A stretch of DNA of 64,000 nucleotides, from the NCBI RefSeq assembly GCF_018350175.1, contig NC_058368.1, positions 104,844,001 to 104,908,000 of the forward strand, given 5' to 3'. A program made the translations under genes and the position numbers. Below are positions 36,812 to 49,688 of the stretch, one piece after another. Under the pieces are notes generated by a model that was not told where the DNA came from, ran no database searches, and saw only the letters and a list, made by a program, of their open reading frames with translations. Numbering within the stretch: the first letter of the stretch is position 1; each line of letters opens with the position of its first letter. This stretch comes from Felis catus. Taxonomy: Eukaryota.

Positions 36812-39440
36812 AAATTAATGAGCTTTATTTTTTAGAGCAATTTTAGGTTGACAGCAAAATTGAGGAGAAAGTACAGAGTTCCCATATACTTCCTGCCCTT
36901 CCACGTACACGACCCCAATATTGACATCCTGCACCAAAGTGGTACCTTTGTCACAACTGACAAACGTACACTCACACCTCATTATGACTCAAAGTCAATA
37001 GTGTATATTAGGGTCCACTCTTGATGATGTACATTCTCTGGGTTTGGCTAATGTTTAATGACATGTATCCACGATTGTATTATTATATAGAATAGTTTTG
37101 CTGGCCCCAAACCCTCTGTGCTCTATCTCATTCTTCCCTCCCCACTAACCCCTGGAAACCACAGATTCTTTTATTGTCTCCGTAGTTTTGCCTTTTCTAC
37201 GATACATATAGCTGAAATCATACAGCGTGTAGCTTTTTCAGATTGGCTTCTTTCACTTAGTAATATGAATTTGAGTTTTCTTTTCATGGCTTGACAGGCC
37301 GTTTTCTTTCAGCACTGAAGAATATTCCATTGCCTGGGTGTACCACTGTGGATCCATCCACCTGCTGAAGAACATCTTGGGTGTTTCCAAGGTTTGTCAG
37401 TTATGAATAAACATCTGTGGTGCAGGCTGTTGTGTGGAAATAAGTTTCCGATTTATTTGGGTAAATGCCAAGGAGTGTAATCGCTGGATCGTATGGCGAG
37501 TATGTTTGGGTCTGTAAGAAACCAACAACCTATCTTTGAAAGTGCCTGTATCATTTCGAATTGTCACCAGCAATGCATGACAGTCACTGCTATTCCACAT
37601 TCTCACCAGTATTGGGTGTTGTCAGTGTTCCAGATTTAGGCTACTCTCGTAGGGGTGTTATCTGCAATTCCCCAATGACATAGGATGTCGAACATCATTT
37701 CATATCTGAGTATCTTCTTTGGTGAGGTATCTGTTAAGGGTCTTTGGTCCATTTCTTAATCAATTATTTTCTTCCTGTTTAAAGAGTTCTTTGCATGTTT
37801 TGAATGACAGTCCTTTGCCAGATGGGTCTCTCATCAGTGATCTCTTTCACAGATGATGTATCTAAAAAGTTTTCATTATATGCACGGTCACGTGGAGCTT
37901 TTTTCTATACTATCTTCTACGGGTTTTATAGTCTTGCATTTAAGTTTGGGTCTATGATCCATTTTGAATTAATTTTGGAGAAGGTCACACGGTCTGTATT
38001 TTTTTTTACATGGCTGTCCAGTTTTTTCCAGATTTGTTGAAAAGACTCTTTGCTCCATTATATTGCCTTTGTTCCTTCCTCAAAGGTCAGTTGACTACAT
38101 CTATGTGGGTCTTTCTGGCTCTTTATTCTGTTCCAATTAATTTCTTTGTCTATTTCACCAACTTTCTCTGTTTAATCTGTGGTTTAATGTGTGACATTAA
38201 TTGGGGGAAATTCTCAGTCATTATTGTTTAACACCTGTTTCTGTTCCTTTTTCTGGTTTCCTTTCCTTCTGCTCTTCCTATTCCATGTGTTTACATCTTT
38301 TATAGTTCTCCCACGGTTCTTGGATACTTTGTTGTGGTTTTTCTTCTGTCTTTTTTCTCTTTTCTTTTCAGTTATAGGAGTTTCTATCGTCCTGTCCTCA
38401 GTCTCAGAGATTCTTTCCTTTGCTGTGTCCAATGTATGAGCCCACCAGGCATAGTGACCGTGATTTTTGCCACTTCTTTTTTGTTCTCAGAATTCCCATC
38501 TCTCTGCTTAACATTATCCACCTGTTCTTACATGTTGTCTACTGTTCCATTAAATCCCTTAGCATGTTAATTACAGGTTTTTTTTAAGTTCTGGTCTGGT
38601 AATTCCAACATTTGTGCCATATCTGACTCTAGTTCTGATGCTTTCTCCATCTTTTCAAGCTTTGTTTTTGCTTTATGCTATGCCTTATAAATTTTTGTTG
38701 AAAGGTGGATGTGATGTATTAGGTAAAAAAGAACCAGGGTAATGTAGTGGTGAGTGTGGGGGAGGGAAGCATTCTGTGGTCCAGTGATTGGTCTCAGCTT
38801 TTCAGGAGCACGTGTCCTTGGGCTGTGATCTTCACAGGTGCTTCTTGGGTTTTTTTTTTTTGCCCCTCCTTTTAGGCGGGATAGGATGGCTAGAGGGAGT
38901 AGAGGTGGGTATGTCCCTCCTCCCAAGTCAGGTCGCCTCTGAAGAAAGCCCAGCAGGTTAGGCTTTGGTTAACGAGTTTCCTCTGGGGTCGGGCCTTGTT
39001 AAGAGTAAAGTGCTCTGGTGCATTCCAACATGGTTCCACTCGCTCTCATTTGCCCTCTTTACTAGGGGGTTTTCTCTGAGGCTCCCTGACAAAAACGGGT
39101 TGGAGCTCCTGGAGGTGAAACTCACAACAACTTGGGAACTGTGTATGATTGGGTCCTCCTGGAGTTTTTAACTCTCAGGCTGGTCGACACTGAGCCTCCA
39201 GCAATTTGCTCATTGCTGTTCAGGTCCACACAAGTTCCTGCAAGGGTTTCTGCTCTGGTAAGTTGTGATTCTCTTTATCCACCTGTATTGTCAGCTTGGG
39301 GAGCAGTGGTTTGCCCTGTGACCTCACTTCTCTGACAGATCTAAAAAGAGTTGACTTCTCAGTGTATTCCTCTTTCCAGTGGTTATTAGGGTGGAGCAGT
39401 GATTTCAAAGCTCCTTACATGTTGGACTCAAAACCGGAGG
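36812..39440 (-). mobile_element. Old L1MC-like LINE-1, internally deleted and fragmented
   Basis: ttttagagcaattttaggttgacagcaaaattgag 3' end; ORF2-like remnants ~37300-38150; ORF1-like remnant (ORF 38214..38432, KERISETEDRTIE). Confidence 0.75.
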
Positions 39441-39596
39441 TCTGAACTATCATTTTTATGTCAAAGAGATGATGACTTCTGAAAATTAGGAGTGAGAAAC
39501 TGCATTGCAGAATAAACATCAGATTCTTTCTTCTCCATTAAGCAAAAGACCTTTACTCCTTGGTTCAAAACTGATAAATAGATAAAAAAAAAAAAA

Positions 39597-40030
39597 GAGG
39601 TGGTAGGTATATACAGTGAAATACTACTGGGCGATCAAAAAAGAATGAAATAGTGCCGTTTGCAACAATGTGGAGGAACTGGAGTGTCTTATGCTAAACA
39701 AGGCAAGTCAGAGAAAGACAAATACTACAGGATTTCACTTATATGTGACATTTAAGAAACACAACAGATGAACATAGGGGAAGGGAAGGAAAAAATAGGA
39801 TAAAAACAGAGGGAGGCAAACCATAAGAGACTTTTAAATACGGAGAACAAACTGAGGGTTGCTGGAGGGGAGATGGGTGGGCTAAAATGGTGATGGGCAT
39901 GAAGGACGGCACTTGTTGGGATGAGCACTGGGTGTTCTATGTCAGTCTTGAACCAATAGGTTCTACTTATAGGTTCTACACTGTATGTTAACTTGAATTT
40001 AAATAAATAAATTTTAAAAATAAATTAAAA
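39597..40030 (+). mobile_element. Carnivore L1 3'-end fragment
   Basis: aaagaatgaaatagtgccgtttgcaacaatgtgg...ggcacttgttgggatgagcactgggtg..., A-rich tail. Confidence 0.85.
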
Positions 40031-40097
40031 AATACACACTCAGAAGGGCCTACTTTATATTACTGGAAATATTCAATGATTAGCATTTCAGCTGATT

Positions 40098-40337
40098 TCT
40101 TTCTTTTTTTCTAAATTTTTTTTAATTTTTATTTATTTTTGAGAGAGAGAGAGAGAGAGACAGAGACAGAGCACCAACGGGGGAGGGGCAGAGAGGCAGA
40201 GACCCAGAATTCAGAAGCAGCCTCTAGGCTCTGATCTGTCAACACAGAGCTTGATGTGGGGCTTGAACTCCCAAACCACGAGATCATGACCTGAGCTAAA
40301 GTCAGAGGCTTAACTGACTGAGCCACCCAGGCACCCC
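40098..40337 (-). mobile_element. Can-SINE
   Basis: SINE body; TSD tcagctgatttcttt. Confidence 0.9.
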
Positions 40338-42036
40338 TCAGCTGATTTCTTTTAATAGAAGACATGTGCATTTTGAAAGTTCAATTTTTTCTTTATATCA
40401 TGTTTTTTCCCATATATGGTGCAGTGTAGAATATTGTAGAGTAAAAAAAAAAAAAAAAAAATTACCCTTGCCCTTGGAGAGCTTCCAGTCCAAACGGAAC
40501 TCTTAACTGTTTTTGTACGTGATGGCAAAGCCGCGAGGAAAAGTATGAATATCTTTTGTTGGTACTTGCTAGTCTTAGAATCCATAAAGTTCTCAAATGT
40601 CAAAATGCAATGATGCATCTTCAGAATAAAAATAGTCATTAAAGTAAATGTAAGCGGGCATTTTTTCACTGCTTGGGTCTGGTGCTTCTTCCCTTGAAAG
40701 AATCTAAAGTTCATTTCAACAGCCCAATTCTATGCTTTTTCTTTTTCTTTTTTTTTCCTTCTGTTTTTCTCATCCAAACATGTATGGATGAATGGCCGAA
40801 TCCTTTCCTGTCGACACATTGCTGGGCCATAAATCACGTTCTATTTTAAGCGGCAAGTGATTTCATTTATCTCTGATCAAGGCACCCAAATAGTTGCATA
40901 AATTGTTAAGACAAACTCAAAAGAAATAGAGGTTGGATACTGCTGGTAACCTTTTATTTCTTTGCAACTATTTTCAGATACCTTGTTCACTGGTCTCATG
41001 ACTTTTCAATACTTGCTATCATCTCTGCTCCTGCTATCAGAGAATGTTTTGCCCAGATTCCTCATCATATGTGATCCATCTTAAGTTTTTTTTTTTTAAG
41101 TATTTCCAGGGCTTAAATGGAAGTGGAGTATGGTCATTTATCACTTTTGAAAGCTAAGGATTTTTTCACAGTCCTTCAACACATCAATGAGGTGGGGCTA
41201 GGCTTTAAAACAAGCAGTCCATAGCTCAGAGCTTACACTGGAGTGTGACACATTATCAAGTCTGCACAGATAACACCCCATGGCTTTGTTATTTGTTTTT
41301 TTTTTCTTCATAAAGTTTCTGTGCAACAGCCAAAATGCAGCACGTCTAAGTTCATGATAGCTTGACATTTTTCATAGAGGGCTTGGAGTTCTCCTAGATG
41401 AAAGCTTCCATCAGAAATCAAATGAGTTCCACAAGAAGTGGAATTTGGCCTCAGTACATGTTCAGAAAGGAGTAGGAATTCTTCCAAGTTTGGAATGAGG
41501 CATCTAAGCCCCCTGCCATAGATTTATATTCAATCAGAGGCAAAACTCCACGTGAATAAGCAACCCAATTTAAAAAGGCACCCCGTGAACATCTAAAGAG
41601 TGTTCTCTAACCCAGCAAACATTCACGTGTGTGGATGTCCATGTCAGAAACGTGTGAGACAGGTAAACCGCATTTGGCCTTGGGCCTCAGCTCAGGTCAA
41701 TTCTGGCTTAGCTACAAGCACGTACGTCTGAACTGAAATGAATTATAAAGAGATGCTTGGATCTGAAGAGTTTCTTAGATGTCTGGCTTTGTTATGTTTC
41801 CAAATTTTTTTTAACTTAAAATGTCAGTAAGAATATTTTATTCGCTCAGAGTCCCAAGTGCTAATATAATCAATAATGCATTATTTTTTGTGTGTACAAT
41901 ACATAGGGACTAATTTCCAATTTCATTATGTTTCATCAGGGATACACAGATACACCTTTGATGGCTTTTATATGTTACAGGTTTAGCTATGAAGAAATAA
42001 TATGGATATGCTGATAAAATCTTTTTCTTCCACATT

Positions 42037-43893
42037 CTTTTAATTGAGGTATAATTGACATATAACATTGTATTACTTTCAGGTGTGCAACATAATGACT
42101 CAGTGTTTGTGTATGTTTTGAAATGATCACTGCAAATCTCGTTGACGTCCATCACATGTTTTCGAATAAGTTTTAAGATCTCCTCTCTTGACAACTTTCA
42201 AATAAATAACAGTATTATTAACCATAGTCACCATGCTGTACATTAGATCCCCATGACTCATATATTTTATAACTGGAAGTTTGTACCTTTTTACCCACTT
42301 CTGGCAACCACCGATCTGATATCTGTATTTATGAGCTTGTTTTTTTTTTACCAACGTTGGTGGGGGGAGAGGGTAGATTCTACATATAAGTGAGATCATA
42401 TAGTTTTTGTTTTCTTCTTTCTGACTTTTTCACTTAGTATAATGAGACTTCTCTAAAATGACAAGAATGCTTTTTTTTTTATGGCTGAGTAACAATCCAT
42501 TGTGAATATATACCACATTTTTTTTATCCATTTATTCATCATTGACACTTAGATTGTTTCCAGGTTTTGGCTATGGTAAGTAATGCTGCATTGAACATGG
42601 GGCACATACTTTTTTTTAACTTTTTTGAGCAAGTTCCATATTCTTTTTTTTTTAAATATATTTAATTTATTGTCAAATTGGTTTCCATACAACACCCAGT
42701 GCTCATCCCAACAGGTGCCCTCCTCAATGCCCGTCACCCACTTTCCGCTCTCCCCCACCCCCCATCAACCCTCAGTTTGTTCTCAGTATTCAAGAGTCTC
42801 TTATGGTTTGCCTCCTTCCCTCTTTGTAACTTTTTTTTTCCCCTTTCCCTTCCCCCCCGATCCTCTATTAAGTTTCTCAGGATCCACATAAGAATGAAAA
42901 TAATGGCTACACCAATTTATGTTCCTGCTAACAGTGCACAAGGACTACTTTTTCTCCATATCTTCACCAACACTTATTTCTTACCTTTATTGATAATAGC
43001 CATTCTGGCAGATGGGAGATGATATCTCATTGTGGATTTGGTTTGCATTTTCTTGATGATTCGTGATGTTGACCACGTTTTCATGTGCCTGTTGCCCATT
43101 TAAATGTCATCTTTGGGAAAATGTCTTTTGAGGTCCTCTGTCCATTTATTTAAACAAATTTGTTTGTTTTTTGCATTTGAGTTGTATGAGTTCTTGATAT
43201 ATTTTGGGCATTAACATCTTGTCAAATACATGATTTGAAAATATTTTACTCTGGTAAGTTGCCTTTGCATTTTGTTATGGTGTTCGTATTTTATGGAAGT
43301 GTATTGTCTAATGTCTGATGGACTTCCATTTGTTTATTTTTGGTTTTGTTGCCTTGGCATTTGGTACCAAATACAAAAAATTATTGCCAAGACCCATGTC
43401 AGGAGAAGCTTATTTCCTGTTTTCTTCTAGGAGTTTTATGGCATCAGGTCTAAGACTCACATCTTCAATCCATTTTGAGTTAATTTTTGTATATGGTGTA
43501 ACAAAGTGGCCAAGTTTCATTCTTTTGCATGTGGCTGTCCAGTTCCCCTGACACCATTTGTTAAAGAGGCTGTCTTTTCCCTGTTGTATATTATTGTCTC
43601 CTTTGTTGTAAATTAATTGACCGTACATGTGTGGTTTATTTCTGGCCTCTCTATTCTGTTGAATTAATCTGTGTCTGTTTTTATGCCCATACCATATTGT
43701 TTTGATGACTATAGCTTTGTAGTATAATTTGAAATCAGCACATGTATTGCTTCTAGCTTTGTTCTTCTTTATCAAGATTGCTTTGGCTATTCAGAGTTTT
43801 TGGGAGTTGCATAGGAATTTTTGGATTGTTCTATTTCTGCGAAAAATGCCATTGGAATTTTGATAGGGATTGCATGGAGTCTGTAGATTGTTG
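42037..43893 (-). mobile_element. Older 5'-truncated L1 (L1MA/L1_Carn-like)
   Basis: ORF 43410..43775 gives ORF2-like [22 protein letters not shown]...[20 protein letters not shown]; 3' end taattgaggtataattgacatataac. Confidence 0.9.
42644..42900 (-). mobile_element. Younger felid/carnivore L1 3' UTR fragment nested in the older L1
   Basis: Closely similar to 5171-5410 (ttattgtcaaattggtttccatacaacaccc...ctcaggatccacataag). Confidence 0.9.
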
Positions 43894-44579
43894 AGTCTGA
43901 AGAGTTTCTCAGATGTCTGGCCTTGTGATACTTGGAATTCACATCTCTGAATAGAATATAAATGTTATAAACCAAAAAAATTTAGAAGTAGTGATATGAC
44001 TAACAGACACAAATTGGTGGCATGAGAAGGAAAAGATAAGACATAACAAATATAAGTATGTTGACTGACACATCTTTCACAGCGGGGTGTGTGTTAAAAG
44101 ATACTGTCTCTAGACAATAGGTCAAGAAAAGAATATTTTAACATGTTAGAGATATAACTTAGGAGAACTAAAAATAATATAATGAGCAAAAATTAGATGG
44201 TGCAGTTTGGGGAATGCCTCATCTCAGTGAAGGATGAAAGGTAGTATGTCAGTTCTTCATTTACATAGTGGGCAGCTAATAGATGCTGCCTGAAAGGGAC
44301 TAATCAAAGAATACAGATTTAAGTAAATTATATCCAATTATAAAGATTACATTTCAATGGGGGTGGGGGGGGGGGGAGAAGCAAATTCCCAGTTACTAGA
44401 AGATAAAGACACAAAACAAAACACATTCTATGCAGAAGATGAACATCTAAAGAATTATTTAAAAAAGGGCATGTAAAACAAAATGGCATGACTCCAAAAT
44501 AACTCCAATAACTCCAAAATGTTACAAATAAAAGGATGAGCAAAATATACCAAGAAAAATTAAAAAATCAGGAATTTTA

Positions 44580-44796
44580 GGGGCGCCTGGGTGGCTCAGT
44601 TGGCTAAGCATCCGACTTTGGCTCAGGTCATGATCTTGTGGTCCATGAGTTCGAGCCCCGCGTTGGGCTCTGTGCTGACAGCTCAGAGCCTGGGGTCTGC
44701 TTCAGATTCTGTGTCTCCCTCTCTCTCTGCCCCTGCCCTGCTCATGCTCTGTCTCTCTCTGTCTCAAAAATAAATAAAAAAACATTTAAAAAAATT
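44580..44796 (+). mobile_element. Can-SINE
   Basis: SINE body; TSD aaaaatcaggaatttt. Confidence 0.92.
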
Positions 44797-44884
44797 AAAA
44801 ATCAGGAATTTTGATGTTAATATCAGAAAATGCTGAACTTAGGATAGTAAGCATTAAATGAGAAAGAAAGATAATTTCTTTCTT

Positions 44885-45025
44885 GGGGTGCTTGGGTGGC
44901 TCAGTCAGTGAAGCATCCAACTTCAGCTCAGGTCATGATCTCATGGTTCATGATTTCGAGCCCCACTTTGGGATCTGCACTGACAGTGTGGAGCCTGCCT
45001 GAGATTCATATTCTCTCTGTCACTC

Positions 45026-45078
<53 letters not shown>

Positions 45079-45165
45079 ATCTGCAGATATATATATATAT
45101 AAATCTGCCCCTCCCCCACTCGTGCATGTGTGCACTCTCTGTCTCTCCAAATAAATAACCTTAAA
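44885..45165 (+). mobile_element. Can-SINE with an internal long (TG)n at ~45028-45075
   Basis: SINE head; TSD aaagaaagataattt. Confidence 0.88.
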
Positions 45166-45509
45166 AAAGAAAGATAATTTATAGCAACAAGTGCTTTAAT
45201 AAACTATATGCATATGCACAATCAGAAGTCCTAAGTCAAAATGATAAGAAATAAAAGAAGCAAAAGGGAGAAACACAATAGTAGTTGGAGACTTTACTCT
45301 TCAAGTCGGTCTGTGACAGACCAAACAGACAAATAGGAAAGGATAGAAAAGAACTTAATAAATAAGAAAATGCATTGAACTTGATACATTGAACTCTATA
45401 GTCTAAAAGGAGAGAACACACCTTAAAATCTGCTCCTGCAATACTTTACAAAACTATTTACTATTATGCTCCCAAATGTCTTATAAAATATAAATGGAAT
45501 ATATACATA

Positions 45510-45863
45510 TTCTGTGGTCTGAAAGTTCGTGTCCCACCAAAACTTGTATGTTGAAGCCCTAATGCCCAAAATGATAGTATTTGGAGGTGGGGCCTTTGAG
45601 GCCAAGTCATGAGAGTGGAGCCCGCATGAATGGGATGAGCGCCCTTCTAAGGCGAGACACAGGAGAGGTGGATTCTCTCTCCGCTGTGTAAGGATACACC
45701 AAGCAGCTGATGAGGCAAACTAGGAAAGTGACTCTCCCCAGCTACCAAACAGCACCTTGATCTTTGACATCTCAGCCTACAGAACTATGAGGAGTAGATT
45801 TAAGTTGTCTAAGCCACCCAGTCTATGCTGTTTGTATTCTAGCACCCCAGGCTAATTGAGACG
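45510..45863 (+). mobile_element. MaLR solo LTR (MLT1A-like)
   Basis: gtgtcccaccaaaacttgtatgttgaagccctaa...gtatttggaggtggggcctttg; 5-bp TSD ACATA at 45505-45509 and 45864-45868. Confidence 0.85.
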
Positions 45864-46391
45864 ACATAGTTTTCAATGTTCAAATTTACCCATAATTTTC
45901 AAAAACACTTATTTAGATAAGATGCCATGTTTTATTTATCAAATTGGAAAAGGTCATCATGTTTACTAGTACATGGCACTAAAATGTGGGCAAAGAGACT
46001 ATCATACGCTTTTGGATTTTACAAATTTAATATATAGGTATTCTCAGATAGGTGCTCAAAGGAACAAAGGGGGATGTTCATTGAGGTTTTGTTTATCACA
46101 AAAACAGATGATGCAAATGTCTGTTCATAAGAAATCTGTTAAATAAATATGTAATATCCAGAAAAAGGAATGTCTTGCTGCTATTCAGAAGGAAGAGGTT
46201 AATCATAGGGTCATGTGGAAAGCTTTGTGAAAAATACTGTTAAAGAGAAATAAATAATGCTCAGAATAGGTTTTATAACAGTGCCGTTTTGTTAGACGTG
46301 TGCGCATACAGAAAATCTCTTGAAGGACGTGTGCCAGAAAACCAATCATGGGTGGGAAAGTTCCTATCCATTGTATATATTTCTATACTGA

Positions 46392-46631
46392 TTTTTTAAA
46401 AAAATTTTTTTAACATTTATTTATTTTTGAGAAAGGGAGAGACAGAGCATGAACAGGGGAGGGTCAGAGAGAGGGAGACACAGAATCTGAAACAGGCTCC
46501 AGGCTCTGAGCTGTCAGCACAGAGCCCGACGCGGGGCTTGAACTCACTGACCGTGAGATCACGACCTGAGCCGAAGTCGGACGCTTAACCGAAGTCGGAC
46601 ACTTAAACCGACTGAGCCACCCAGGTGCCCC
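46392..46631 (-). mobile_element. Can-SINE with an internal tandem duplication
   Basis: SINE body; TSD ctatactgatttttt. Confidence 0.92.
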
Positions 46632-48429
46632 TATACTGATTTTTTTAAAACCATATCCAAATAGCAGGTTTGCAAAATTTAAAAACAGTAGAAAAATAAG
46701 AGGGATATCATTGTGCCCACGAGGAGGGCATAGGCTCATGAAGGAAACAGACATTGTCTTTAAAATGACAATGTAGTGTGAATGGTGATAAAATAGGTTC
46801 GTGCAGATGGAAGGAAGAACCTAACTGCAGTAGTTATAGGAGAAAGTATTGCTTAATAGTAACCTCCTCCCTTATTTTTCTTCCTATATTGTTTGCATCC
46901 AACATCTTTGGAAAATAGTCCTCATTTGCCAATCTGAAACATGAGATTCTTTTGTGCCAGGATGGCCAAATTGTCATGAACAGAGGAAGCACACACAAAC
47001 AAAACCCAAGAGGAATTATTTCTAAATAGAATATGCCATTCTCACCATGGGGAAGGATTGTTTTTCAACACCGTATTCTCTGATTATCATTCCCCATTCT
47101 TTGCTTTTATTTCTAGGCATTTTGCAGACAGGGTTGAGAATCATGATTTGCTGCTATCAATAAGTAAAGTCTGTCCCAAGAGTTCGGTCATGGAGTGTAT
47201 TTGTATTGTAAGTGAATTCTTCCATCCAGGGAAATGGCCCAGCCCAATGGCTCTCTATCCTCTGTGGCAGTGGCTTTGCCGGCTTGTGACACAATGGTGA
47301 CACTACCATGGCAGTCAAGCTGAAGGCCATTTGCACAGTGTGACATTCCCCCTTGCTTTGTGCATTTCCAGGGGCTTTGATGATGTGGCCCATTGTTAGA
47401 AACAAGGGACCACTTCATCTTGACATAGACAAAAGGAGTGAATTACTAAAAAGTCTGAAAGAGTTAAGTTTCTCACAATAAACCAATAGTCTGGGAAGCA
47501 ATGGCGGCAATATAATCCTTTACAAACACGTTGATCTTTGGGCTTCTGTTCATTGTCTGCTGGAGTTCAGAATTCCGTGATTGTGGCAGAAAAAAAAAGG
47601 AATATTTGAATGTATGAAACATAGTAGCTTATGATAAGGGTTGAAGTACTGTGTTTGTCCCCCATTTGATAGATTTCCCTCAAAAGTTTTAGAAATGTCA
47701 TGTTGAACTTTGAGGTCTTTGTTTCTGAATGTGCTTGCAACTCCAAAGTCATTGCACTTCTGTATCGTCACAAAAAGATCCTCAATTAGTTTTTGTCTCC
47801 ACATGTCTCTTTGTTTCTTTCCTGCATTCTCAGAATTGTTTCAAAATGAATATAGTTTCTATATTACAGCTTACCTCAATTGTTACTAAGAAAAATAATT
47901 TGATGAATGAACCTAGTAAAAATGAATAGAATAGTAAAAATGAATAATTTTCTTTTAAATGAATTTTCCCATAACCCCTTTAGGCTTATGGTTGGGAAAA
48001 GTGGAAAAAACGTATAGTAGGCAATTCATAATGTTTCATTATGATGTGACCACCAGTTTGCAACAGAAGCCCAAGGAGAAAAGGAAACAAAGTAAACAAG
48101 GATTTACAAATATTCTGAATGAAGATCAGAATTTTACCAGCTTTACATTCCACATTTCCAAAAAGATAGGTCACTTAAAATGAAGGTTGTAAAAATGACA
48201 AACACAACTGAGAATTATTCATTATTCCACAATTTAGTTTTGTCACTGATTTTTTTTTCTAATATTAGGGAGCTTCTATTTCCACGAGAAACCATAGCTC
48301 CTTCTGTACTCCACCACAGAGGGAGTTATTCTAACAACAAGAAGTTTCTGAGAAGGTATACTCGAACAGTACAAAGAATGTAATTGTTAAAGACAAATGT
48401 TAACTTCATTTACAGTAAGAATTTAGTTT

Positions 48430-48640
48430 AGGGGTGCTGGGTGGCTCAGTTGGTTAAGCGTCCACCTGGAGCTCAGGTCATGATCTCACATCAGTGAGTT
48501 CGAGCCCTGCGTCGGGCTCTGTGCTGACAGCTTGGAGCCTGGAGCCTGCTTCGGATTCTGTGTCTTTCTCTCTCTTCCCCTCCCCTACTCACACTGTGTC
48601 TCTGTCTTCTCTCAAAAATGAATAAAGGTTAAAAAAAAAA
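48430..48640 (+). mobile_element. Can-SINE
   Basis: Head, (CT)-rich segment, A tail. Confidence 0.9.
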
Positions 48641-49471
48641 GGATTTAATTTAATGCAATAATAGAACAGATTCCGAGATTTTTAACCCCTCTCTCTAGAA
48701 AAAAATGATTTTACGCTGATGTCGAATTCCTGTTTCATGTGAGAACATTTCCTGATGCTGATTCTCCTCTATCTGTATTATATATTCGGTGAATTATCTA
48801 TGACCACATAATGATACAGATTGGATTTCCTTTGTCAAGCTATGTACTGATTCTTTCCATGATGGACTGGTGTCTTCATAAAACGAAAGATCATTTTAAT
48901 GCTGACTTCAGTAAGATAGCCTAAGACAAACTGGCCCCTCCTGATGACATTATGCTCGTTAAAGCCAAATGGAAATGGATTTCAGAACATCTTTTATTTG
49001 CGATGATTGGTACCACTGCTTCATTCTATCACTCCAGGTAACAAGAGCTAAATGTACCTTCCCTTCAATGCTTCAAAGGTAATTTGATGTTTTACATCAA
49101 GATTTTTGCCGAGTCTCTTTGGTTTCTCTTGCTATCCAACCATTAATCTGTGCTCTCTGACAAATATTTAGCTCAAGATGAGTTTCCTACCTTTTTGTTG
49201 GAAGCACCCTGTTCAGCTTCATATTCTGAGTACTTAACCCATTGCCTGGCCAGTAGTACATGTCTTGTCCTTGTAGCTGCTACATATATATGACAGGTGT
49301 TGTTCCAAACCCTACTTGTAATAACTCATTTAATACTCACAACGAGGAGTATTAATGGTAAGAAATATTATTTCCGTTTTACAGATAACACAGCCGAGAG
49401 TTTAAATCATGGTCCAAGGTCATAGAATCAGAAAATTATACCCAGGTAGTCTGGCTCCAAATCCTGTGTTC

Positions 49472-49688
49472 TTTTTTTTTTTTTTAAGTTTTTTTATTTA
49501 TCTTGAGAAAGAGAGAGGGAGAGACAACACAGTTGGGAAGGGGCAGAGAGAGAGAGAGAATCCCAAGCAGGCTCTGCACTGTCAGCACAGAACCCACTGT
49601 GGGGCTCAAACTCACAAACCTCAAGATAGTGACCCAAGCTGCAATCAAGAGTCAGATGCTCAACTGACATAGCCACTGGGTTGCCCCC
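49472..49688 (-). mobile_element. Can-SINE inserted in a MIR-like remnant
   Basis: SINE body; TSD atcctgtgttctt. Confidence 0.85.

Noticed and set aside
47914..47947. Short tandem duplication tagtaaaaatgaata x2
   Set aside because: Ordinary slippage duplication in AT-rich DNA; no sign of function.
48700..49100. Possible ancient CR1/L3-like remnant on the minus strand
   Set aside because: Only faint resemblance by eye; needs an HMM search.
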